64,000 nucleotides of DNA from Camelus dromedarius. Its lineage: Eukaryota. Below, in pieces: positions 36,987 through 47,989 of the stretch. Position 1 is the stretch's first letter; each line of letters begins with the position of its first letter. The notes under the pieces were generated by a model, which was given only the letters and a program-made list of their open reading frames with translations, was not told the origin of the DNA and made no database searches. The stretch covers positions 93,250,001 to 93,314,000 of the forward strand of contig NC_087472.1 of NCBI RefSeq assembly GCF_036321535.1, given 5' to 3'. The position numbers and the translations under genes are program-made.

Positions 36987-37969
36987 TATAAGAAAAAAAC
37001 AAACAACCCAATCCAAAAATGGGCAGAAGACCTAAACAAGCAATTCTCCAAGGAAGAAATACAAATGATCAATAGGCACATGAAAAAATACTCAATATCA
37101 CTAATTATCAGAGAAATGCAAATCAAAACTACAATGAGGTATCACCTCACACCTGTCAGAATGGCCATCATTCAAAAGTCCACAAATGACAAATACTGGA
37201 GAGGCTGTGGAGAAAAGAGAACCCTTCTACACTGCTGATGGGAATGCAGTTTGGTGCAGCCACTGTGGAAAACAGTATGGAGATACCTCAAAAGACTAGG
37301 AATAGGCTTACCATATGACCCAGTGGTTCCACTCCTGGGCGTATATCCAGAAGGAACCCTACTTCAAAAAGACACCTGCACCCCAATGTTCATAGCAGCA
37401 CTATTTACAATAGCCAAGACATGGAAACAGCCTAAATGTCCATCGACAGATAACTAGATAAAGAAGAGGTGGTATATTTATACAATGGAATACTATTCAG
37501 CCATAAAAAATGACACCATAACACCATTTGTAGCAACATGGATGTCCCTGGAGAATGTCATTCTAAGTGAAGTAAGCCAGAAAGAGAAAGAAAAATACCA
37601 CATGAGATCGCTCATATGTGGAATCTAAATAAACAAACAAACAAACAAAAACCAAAAACATAAATACAAAATAGAAACAGACTCATAGAATACAGACTTG
37701 TGGTTGCCAAGGGGGCGGGGGGTGGGAAGGGATAGACTGGGAGTTCAAAGTTTGTAGATACTGACAGGCATATGTAGAGTAGATAAACAAGATTATACTG
37801 TATAGCACAGGGAAATATACATAAGATCTTGTGGTAGCTGATAGTGAAAAAAAGTGTGACAATGAATATATGTATGTTCATGTATAACTGAAAAATTGTG
37901 CTCTACACTGGAAATTGACACAACATTGTAAAATGACTATAACTCAATTTAAAAAATGTTTAAAAAAAA
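36987..37969 (+). mobile_element. Young 5'-truncated L1 (~1 kb, ORF2 C-terminus plus 3'UTR and A tail)
   Basis: ORFs 36936..37238 and 37251..37457 ([21 protein letters not shown]...[25 protein letters not shown]). Confidence 0.95.
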
Positions 37970-38529
37970 GATAATGCAATTATCTTTAAAAACTGGTCAT
38001 GGAGGGATAAAGATAGATAGAATTTTCCAGAAAATGACATAGCCCCCAAACTTTTCTAAGGTCCTCAGCCTGTCAGAAAGTGACCTTTCTTACCACCTGT
38101 GAGACTGGGACCTTACAAGCCAGATACCAAGTCAGTTTTCTTAGGACATGTAGTCATTTGGTCAATACTTGTTCAAGAGTGGGCTTATTCCTCATTTGAT
38201 GAGAATCATTTACAAATATGATATTCTAGGTATGGCCATGTTGCACAAGCAAGTTATCCAGTTATATATCTGGGTAAAAATGAGGACAGATTCTTTTTGA
38301 ATCCTGAAAATAAATAAGTAACACTGCCAGGAAAGGTAAGGGCACTCAAGTAAAAAGTCCTATTTCCTTCTGAACTATGGGAGGCCAGTGAGCATCAAAT
38401 ACCATTAAAATGTTTCAGTTTACTGTACAGAAGCACAGTCTACTAAATTGAGTGTTAGAAATTGCTTAAGAAGAAATGCATGGGATTTCCGTACGTAACG
38501 TTAAAAATCAAACATTAAAATAATTTCAG

Positions 38530-38760
38530 AGGGAGGGATAAATTAGGAGTTTGGGATTAGCAGATACAAACTACTATATAAACAACAAGGTCCTACAGTA
38601 AGTATAGCACATGGAACTGTATTCAAAACCCTGCAATAACCTACAATGAAAAAGAATATGGAAAAAAATGTGTGTATATAAATACATATATATGGCTGAA
38701 TCACTATGTACACCAGAAACGAACACAACATTGTAAATCGACTATTTCAATTTTTAAAAT
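38530..38760 (+). mobile_element. Short L1 3' end nested in the ERV internal region
   Basis: 'gggagggataaattaggagtttgggattagcagatac...caacaaggtcctac...aacacaacattgtaaatcgacta'; flanks aataatttc / aataattttc. Confidence 0.88.
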
Positions 38761-41489
38761 TCCAATAATTTTCTAAACAAATAACTACAATAAAATTTTC
38801 TTCCCCAGTCTTAAATGATGACTTTTGCTCCATCGGGTTTCAAGTCAGCAATCTGCTTTTGCAAAATCTATTTGTTTCTGGACTAAAAAGGTTCTAGAAA
38901 TCCTGACTTACTTTATAGTAATAAACTCAGAGTTGTTTAAGCAATGCCAACTGGGCAGCCTGTAGCCAAAAGTCTATTCTTTTAAGTATGAATAGTTCAG
39001 AGTACCTCCTAGAATCCTTTCCATGAGGCTCTAAGACTGTCCTTTTTGTTGCAGACACAGGTTTTAGCTTCTAGCTTAAACCAGAAACTTGAGGCAAACA
39101 CCTAGGAACAGAAAACCATTTGGTAAGACTGAGAGGCTTTGCTTGATTTATCACAGTGCTAATAATGTCATAGTTTTCTATTGGGGTACAGTAAATAACT
39201 ATCTTATAAAGATTTAATTAATAGTTCCTCTAAGGATAAGAAAATGCATTATGGCAGCATAGGCATGGGCAAGTTTTTAAGCCTTCCCATAAAATGTAAA
39301 AATCTCTGTAATATTTACATTAATAACATTTTAACTATACAAATTTAACCTTAGGAAGGCCAAGCATCACTTCTGATTTGACGATTTTGTTCACACAATT
39401 CTTACAATAGTGTTAATTAATATGAACTTATTAAACAGGCTTATTTATAGCATCTTTTATAAGATTAATAATAAATCTTTGTGCTTTTCCAAGGGCCTCC
39501 TGGAAAATCTACAAGATCTCTTTAAATGTGAATGTTAGGATCTAAGTTGAGAAAAAAACAAAATTTCAAACCTGTCTTGGGAAAAGAAAATCAAAGGAGT
39601 TGACAGAGATTCAATCAATTGTTTAAGATAGGATGATGGATCTCTGAGAAACAATACCTATTTAATCAAAGTGACAATAAAATAATTTAAAATTATATAA
39701 GAAGGTAACACAATTGTAAGGAAGTTTATCTTTTTGACAAGTAAAGAATCTGTGCTGTTTGTGTTAATTAAATAATGAAAACAAAATAGAGAACTATTGT
39801 GGTGAGATAGGGATTACCTATAGAATGTAAATAATAACCTTTATCACCTCCTGTTGAGATCTCTAAGACACTTTAATCATTTTAACAAAGGAAAAAGTCA
39901 GTCTACTTTGCATGTATATATTTGGCAATAAAAGTTTCAATTTTTTTTGTATTAATAACCTCATCCATGAGCCAACTTTGGCAAAAATTTTAATACATTT
40001 CATTATTTCTTTTCCTGCTCAATTATTATAAACTACCTTTATTCAATTTTCCACATCAAGATTTTGTCATTCACTAACCTGTTTGACATTCTAGAAAAAC
40101 TAGAAACTTTAAAACAAAATGATCCTCTTTTTCTCTTGATAAACAAAACCACATCCCATTACCTTGCATACCCAAGTGTATTTATCTTGGTACTGTTGCT
40201 CCTAGTGTAGTCTCAACCAACCATAATAACTATTTTAATAAAGAAAATGAACTTCTGTTTCACAGAAGAATACTGAGAGGTGTATTACTTGAGAACTCTC
40301 TATCAAATGCTTCAGCAGACTAAGAAAACTCATTCCCTGCAGCCACACATAGCACTTTTACACCTTCATGAAGTGGCTTAAGTGAACATGTTTGTTAACA
40401 TTGTCAAAAGAAATAGTCACTGTAAGACATATAAAAATCATCATTAAAAGCATATAAACTTAAAATTATGTTTAATAAATGTTTGAGTATTCAATTTTAC
40501 TCAGAGATTATCAAGGCATCTAATCGTTATCTGTTAATTAACTCAATCTACTACTCAAATTTGTAAATTATATTTTAACTGACACTAGAAAACAATCACT
40601 GACATAAAAGTGTCAGAATGATTCAATTTAGCTGAACACAAATAAATCTTTTTTCATAACTGTAAATGCTTTCTAGGAGAAATGTTAATTTATTTGATCA
40701 GTAAACCAATATAAGAAGCCCAGAAGTTCAGATCAACTTGTCACTTGAAGAGAAAGTAAACTTGAATTTAAAAACCAAAAATAAAAACAAAGTGCTTGGA
40801 TTATAAATCATACTGATAGATTCAAGAAAAAGACAAGGTTACTATTTATTATTTTAGCCAAAGCTACTAACCCAGTCTAATTTGCCCAAAGATTCATCTT
40901 AATTATGTAAACTTAGATTAAAAATGTTTTTGAGCCAGCAATTTCTGTATTTTTTAAATGTGTTTCACTTTTAGAGTTAATAGGTCAGTTTTCTTTCCCT
41001 ATGATTTTAAGGAAGGATATTAGATTTAAGGGTTCATTTATTTCTATAAACAAATCAGAATAGAACTTTAAAATCTCAGATTCTTTTCCTTCTAATTGGT
41101 ACAAAATTCTTAATTGACTTAAGCTCATAAATAGACAAAAAAACAAAAATACTAACAACCTGTATTCTGTCATCTCTCACATTAGAGAACAGATCTCTAT
41201 CATTCATCTAACATATATCACCAAATGGTCAGACCACAAGACCAAATTTCCAATCATTGCTGCCACCAAGGGAAAATAACTTGACAGTTAAGTGCAAAAC
41301 GGAAACAAGTATAAAAACACAAAATCAACAGAAAGGCAAAAAAGCAACTTAGGAAAAACCAAGAGTCAGCAAAGTGGAAGTTGTATTGCCATGTGGAATT
41401 CACTCCAGAAGCCAGGAGAAGACAGGCCTGGACCTAACCAGCCCACAAGGTTTAGTTTACTTGGCTCCATCAGGTGAGTCCACTAGGGC

Positions 41490-41507
41490 ATCTCAGTGAA
41501 ACCTCCA
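41490..41507 (-). other. Retroviral primer-binding site, tRNA-Gln
   Basis: Plus strand atctcagtgaaacctcca vs tRNA-Gln 3' end ATCTCGGTGGAACCTCCA (16/18). Confidence 0.75.
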
Positions 41508-41509
41508 AG

Positions 41510-41711
41510 GCAAAGAGCTCAAACAGCATTTGAAAAGTTAGGTATATAGGCAATTTATCAAGGAAATGGTAAAATTAGATTGTTAGGTTACATACAAAGC
41601 TGGTTATTGTCTAACATGGCCATAAATTTTTAGAGATTATCTGTTTCAACAGACAGAAATGACTTTCATCTCTACCAGATAAAAATTCTACAATTTAATC
41701 TCTGCCCTACA
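41510..41711 (-). mobile_element. Probable partial 5' LTR of the ERV1 element
   Basis: Adjacent to the PBS; on the minus strand it begins TGTAGGG at 41711. No CA end next to the PBS. Confidence 0.4.
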
Positions 41712-42621
41712 AAACTATAAAATAGCCCAGACAACAGAAAGGCAAGTCCAGTAATACCTTTTTCCCATTTCCAAATTTCAGAAAATTTTACCGACAGACT
41801 TCACCTGTGTTTACCTCCAATGGTTAATATAATTTCAGGGGAGAAGACCATGAAGCATGGGGCACGAGAACCTAGGGTATCTGTCTCTATCTAAAACAAA
41901 GTTACCAAGGCTCCAGGTGGGTTTGAAGGAACAATTTAAAGCATGTGAGGAATACCCTCAAACAACAGTTCTTAGAGCTACCAAAATTGACTGAGCTAAT
42001 TAGAAGACAAGCATTTTACAAATTAAGTTACTCTCTTTAAGTTAAGGAAAGAAAGAAATAATGTCTATAAAAGTTCTAGAATATCAAAGTCTTCCTTCTT
42101 TGGACCTAATAAAATTAACAAAAATAATACAACCCCATAAAATTATGTTTCTTCATAAATTTTATGCATTGAAATATTAACCTCCCCATAACCTCCACCA
42201 CCACCACTACTTGCTAAGGCCATCTAGAAAATGACAATACACTCAAGACCTATACTAGTTCCTAGAAGCTTCTATCCCTCTTTCTCCGACCACCACCAGT
42301 TCTGAAAGATTACTGAAATACAAAAAAAAGTGAATATTATTTACTATACAGCCCTCATATAGAAACTCTGAGACAAGAAGGTCTTAGATATACTGGGAAA
42401 GAATCAAAGGTAATTCTGATAGATGATAACTTTAGCACAAATAGATGGTGTTCATGGAGGTTCCCACCTCACTTCTGGATAAGGTGAAATTAAATATCAT
42501 AAAAATATGCAAAATAAAAAAAAGCCAGAGTATAATTTGAAAAAGGGGGAAAAAGACAGAGAAATAAAAATTATGATATAACCAAACAAAATCCCCAGAA
42601 TAAATGATTTGCACGACAGAA

Positions 42622-42965
42622 TTTTTTGCAACTTTGAGGCATAATTAATAAAAAATAGTATAAAGTGTACAACATGATTTGATATACATACAACCTTGTG
42701 AAATATTTACCACAATTAAGTAAATTAACACATACATTACCTCACAGTTCCCATTTGTGTGTGTGTGTGTGTGTGTGATTAAGAACACTTAGGATCTACT
42801 CTTAGCAAATTTCAAGTATACAATACTGTATTTTTAACTATAATCACCATGCATTTACATTAGGTCCTCAGAACTTATTCTAGTTTCAAGTTTGTACCAT
42901 TTGATCAACATCTCCCAAGTTCCCCAACCCTCAGCCTCTGGCAACCACCATTTACCACTGTACTC
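42622..42965 (-). mobile_element. L1MA-like 3'UTR fragment containing (GT)n
   Basis: 'gatctactcttagcaaatttcaagtatacaatac...cagcctctggcaaccaccatt'. Confidence 0.88.
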
Positions 42966-42969
42966 TTTT

Positions 42970-44000
42970 TCTCATAGAAAAAGTGATGAGATTTGTGGTT
43001 ATCAGAGGTTGGAGGAGGGGGAACTGGGAGAAGGTGGTCAAAAAGTACAAACTTCCAGTTATAAGATAAGTACTAAGGATGTAATGTACAACACGGTGAC
43101 TATAGTTAACATTGCTGTATGATATATATGAAAGTTGTTGAGAAAGACTAGGAACAGATGTACCATATGACCCAGGAATCCCGCTCCTGGGCATATATCC
43201 AGAAGGAACCCTACTTCAAAAAGACACCTGCACCCCAATGTTCATAGCAGCACTATTTACAATAGCCAAGACATGGAAACAGCCTAAATGTCCCTCAACA
43301 GATGACTGGATAAAGAAGAGGTGGTATATTTATACAATGGAAATACTATTCAGCCATAAAAACTGACACCATAATGCCATTTGTAGCAACATGGATGACC
43401 CTAGAGAATGTCATTCTAAGTGAAGTAAGCCAGAAAGAGAGAAAAATACCATATGAGATCACTCATATGTGGAATCTAAAAAAAAACCAAACAAAACATA
43501 AATACAAAACAGAAATAGACTCACAGACACAGAATACAAAATTGTGGTTGCCAAGGGGGCAGGGGGTGGGAAGGGACAGACTGGGATTTCAAAATTTAGA
43601 ATAGATAAACAAGATTATACTGTATAGCACAGGGAAATATATACAAGATCTTATGGTAGCTCACAGCGAAAAAAAATGTGATAATGAATATATGTATGTA
43701 TAACTGAAAAATTGTGCTCTACACTGGAATTTGACACAACATTGTAAAATGATTATAACTCAATAAAAAAAGTTAAAAAAAAAAGTTGTTGAGTGAGTCA
43801 ATCCCAAGAGTTTGCATCACAAGGAAAATCTGCTTTCCTTTTTATCTATATGAAATGATGGATGTTTAAATCTATTGTGATAACCCTTTCACAATATATG
43901 TAAACCAAACCATCATGCTGTATACCTTAAACTTATACAGTGATGTATGTCAATTATTTCTCAATATAATTGTAAAGAAAATAAAAATAAAAATAAATAT
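42970..44000 (+). mobile_element. L1 3'UTR fragment split by a nested young L1
   Basis: 'ggtggtcaaaaagtacaaacttccagttataagat...' resumes at 43782; same family as 52020-52770. Confidence 0.88.
43143..43781 (+). mobile_element. Young 5'-truncated L1 with perfect 12-bp TSD
   Basis: TSD aaagttgttgag at 43131-43142 and 43782-43793; A tail; closely similar to ~37290-37969. Confidence 0.95.
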
Positions 44001-44611
44001 TTTTAAAAATCAAGATCACAGTACAGAGTTTTACAAATCCTTAGCAAAGAGTGAAGATAAATGAGGGATCAGGAGGTTAAAACCTAAGGATAATATAAAG
44101 ACTAGAGAGAGAGAAACTTATCTCAGAAGCAATAAAACACAATTAGAGTTGCATTTACTGACATTTTGAGCAAAGAATAAGTCCCAGTTTCTCCTAAATA
44201 TTTGAGTAACCTATTTAAAATTGTAGAAACATTTTCTATGTGATATCTCAAGTCCCTAACATAAATACTGTATTTGAAGTCACCCATATTACAATCACGA
44301 TTCCCTTAATTTTTATTTCATTTGTCTATCAACTCTCTGATTTCCACTACTACCAATTATCTTCCATGAGATTAATTTAAAATAATTACAACTTAGAAGA
44401 TTTAATTTGGTCACTGAGTATGTGTGTAAATTTTGTTGCAATTAATTTTTTTTAAATCTTATTTCACTGTTTTAAAAAGAATTTTAAGTTTTAAAGTCTC
44501 AAAGTTTCATTTGTTTTAGCTTAAATAAGATTTACTAATGTCATGTATATCTTCTGTAGATCAAAACCAAAGCTAGATATTGCATCCATCACCTCAAACA
44601 TTCAACAATGC

Positions 44612-44695
44612 CTACCAAATCATCACATTGTGCACTTTAGGTATATGCAATTGTATTTGTCAATTATTCCTTGATAAAGAAAAAAATGGGGAAAA
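44612..44695 (+). mobile_element. Short old L1 3' terminal fragment
   Basis: 'caaatcatcacattgtgcacttta...atttgtcaattattccttgataaag'. Confidence 0.6.
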
Positions 44696-46960
44696 AGTTA
44701 CTATATTATACCAAGATACCCCCCACACAAAGAAGCTAATTAAAAATAACAAAAAGTACCTCTGACACTATAGCATACCAAACATTGTATCTTACCATAC
44801 AGTGTTTCCAAATTTGGTACCTTGGGTTTTATGTAAATTCTGAGTTGCCTGAATGTACTAATAAGCACAAAAGTCATGAATAGTTCCTATCTAACATTAG
44901 GTACACCTCAGATGTTTTCCTTTTAATGGTAGTGTCAAATGTATAGCAATACTAATCTTACTTTTTACCTTTATTTCTTAAATAGGAACTGTAACCACAT
45001 CCACATTCTATTTGAAAAGAAATATCAAATGTTTTAATGGATGTTTGATATTATCTTAAAATTTATACTCCAATTTTTCTTGACTCAGATCAAAGTGATT
45101 AGAAGCAGCTCAAGTAGTTTTCTAAAAAATGAGTCCATACAAGAATAGCAACTGAGTTTAACTTTAGGTATTTCATTGGAAAGTTAAAGGGCACTCAACA
45201 AGGAAGCAGGTACACTATTATGAAGGCTGACCACAACAGTGCTCCCTGGTGACAACTGGGACGTTCTGTATTTCACTAATTCTATAAAATGCTCATTTTT
45301 CCACATTGTGATATTTCAGAACTAGGAAATTATCTTCCAATAAATACCATCTTACCATTGCCATATTTACTTTCCTTTTAAATATCTTTGAAACTGATGG
45401 CACTGTGGATTTTAAAAAGTATGATATATTTGGAATTTTCCATGTGTTGCCTTCTTAACCATATTTCATTAGAGTTTTATCATCAAAGAGCCAAGGGAAC
45501 TTGCATAGATTAATTGAGAAGTTTGCTAGAGGGAAAGAATCATAATTTTGTAATGCCCTACTAGCACTTTATTTATTATAGCACCTAAAAAAGCCCTGTA
45601 TTTTGTTATGTTTGTTTGCTTGCTTTTAGGTAAATTAGATAAAAATGAAAGTGTTAAGTCATTTTTTCCACATAGAAATAGGATGTATCCAGTGGAGTTC
45701 TAAGTTCATGGAATTTTGTTGCATGAGTTCTGGGATTTTTGTTTGTTGCTTTTTGGGCCATCCAGATGATTGAGTAGATGTTAATATTTGTACTAGTTTA
45801 TGCTACGAAACCTCAAAGCTCTAGGTTTTTTTGTCCATCTAAATAGCCCCTAGGTATATACAAAGATACAGTCCTCTGTATTCTTGAAAGTTATTGACAG
45901 AAAAAGAAATGAAGCTAGAGAAAGAACAGCATCAAAATGAAGTATTCCTTTTAAAATACTCTGAGTTGTAAAGAATACAGATAGGATGTGTGTATTTAAC
46001 ATCTCAAACTTTATGACTAAAACAGTATATTGATAGTCAAGAAAAATTTAAAATATAATGACGCATTATACCTGTCTACTGCATCTGACACTGTCATGGT
46101 AAGATCATAGATGTGGAGGCAGAAAATACAGATTTGAGCATTAACTCCATCCTTCAGAAGCTGTTGATTTATGAAGTTTATTTCTTTGAATCTCTGCTTC
46201 CTTGTTGCAAAAAGCAAGTGTGTTCTGAGAACAAAGTGAAATAATATACAGGCAAGTGCTTTGCAAAAAAAAAAAGTTATTGACAAGATTTGAAGGGTAA
46301 CAACTTAGTTTCACTCCTATCTGGGCTTCCTAACTTTATCAAGATTTAGACTGTCAATCAAATGAAAGATTTCATTTTATCAACTTCTTCATTGAGTCAG
46401 ATCTTAAAGTAGCATTCTGGGTGTCTAATTAGTTCTATAATATTTATACAGGTAAATATGGAAGAGGATATTCTAGACATGAGGGTACCCTCTAAGGTAT
46501 CAGAGACAGTGCTTTCTGGGAAACAATGAAACAGGTAGTGGCTAAATTTATGGATCTATTAAAAGCAAGGTTTCTTGGATTTTATTATTTGGGGGGAAAT
46601 GTTGAGCCATTAGAAGTTTTCCAGCACAGTAAAGATTGGAGAATGATAGAAGGTATGGAGGAAGAGTGAATTATCTCATATAGATACAAAATAAAAGAAA
46701 AAGAAAAAACTGAAGGTGGCTATAGATTTGAATTTTGAAATCATGATATGAGCCTAAGCATTTACTTTCCAATCCTTCCCAAAGCCTATTAAATAATGGG
46801 AAAAAACTAACATGGAAAATGCATAATAATGCCAAAAATGAAAAAGAAAGTCTTTAGAAACTTTTTGAAAAATTAATCAAATGGGATATGAATGTGTAAA
46901 GAATAATCAAGGTCAATCAGTCTCCAATTCAATAACGGAACAACACTGGTAACCTTCTAG

Positions 46961-47421
46961 TGTGAAGGAAAAACCGGGCTGGTCTAACAAGATAACTCAC
47001 AAGTCTAGGAATGTGGAGAGGCTGGGCTGGGCTAACAAGATAACTCACAAGTCTAAGTAATGGAATACTGATCTGAGTTCTGCTGGACTAACTTGTAAAT
47101 CTAAGTTAATTAGTATTGGTTTGCTGTTTATGTTTTTTGCTAGCCAGCTGGATTTTCAAAGATACATATCTGGCTTTGGAATGTTGGTTTGCTGCCTCCC
47201 CACCTCCACTTTTGTGATGATAATGCTGCTAAAGTTGTTCCATTCCTATTGGCCGAATACCCCAAGCTTGTACTTTACCCTATAAAACCTGATGCGCATG
47301 TCTTGGAGGTGCTCAGAGTTTCAGAGCAGAAGCCCCTCTGAGCCCGCCGGCGTAATACATCTGAGTACTCCAACCCTCCAAGTGGTGCTTGTTTCTTGAC
47401 TGGCCTGTCGTTTCCGTAACA
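46961..47421 (+). mobile_element. Solo LTR, 461 bp, ERV1 (gamma-like) by TSD length
   Basis: TG...CA termini; 4-bp TSD ctag (46957-46960, 47422-47425); ATTGG at 47248-47252, TATAAAA at 47281-47287, AATACA at 47354-47359; U3 direct repeats. Confidence 0.9.
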
Positions 47422-47989
47422 CTAGCAAGTATGTGCCAATAAAGTTCTGGGAAAATCCCTAACCCCTGAGCACTGGGAACTAGAAGCAAGCAAGTCTATC
47501 CATCCAGCAGGGCTAAAACAAGATTTCAGTAGATGCCTCCAGGCACAAGATTCCAGCTAAGTATAAAGTAAATAAAGTAGAGGGAATTACTCCATTATGC
47601 AAACAGTAGACTGCAAAGGATGGGCTGAATAGAGACAGGAAAGAATGTGCTTCACACCCCTGCAGGCCATCATCATTATACCACAATGAACTGACCTTTA
47701 AAACTGGTCCCTTGTCTCCCTTGGAATATTTGGCATTTTTACAAAATGGGTACTGTTACAAAAATAGCACAATTCTTAAGTATGTAGTTGTACCAGATAG
47801 AATGTAGATGGTTCTAGTTAAACTCAGCCTGCTGTAAGAATAGGAAAAAAAATTTTTAAAGGAAAGGAAAACAAAAGAAAAAAACAAAAAAGCCCCACCT
47901 CGCTTTAGCAGAGAATTACCTTAACACCTCCATTGTTTTCAGATGCCTGAGGTAAAAGGTAAAGTGGTTAAATATAATGCAAAAAGAGA

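Larger units (their letters stand above)
37985..41507 (-). mobile_element. ERV1 non-autonomous (MER4-group-like) internal region, non-coding
   Basis: Motifs recalled from MER4-group internal sequences ('gtcagaaagtgacctttcttaccac', 'aaatatgatattc', 'acagattctt'). Ends at a PBS; no gag/pol/env ORF. Confidence 0.65.

Noticed and set aside
46976..47055. CRISPR-like repeat-spacer-repeat
   Set aside because: Only two units, inside a TSD-flanked LTR in mammalian DNA; these are ordinary U3 repeats.
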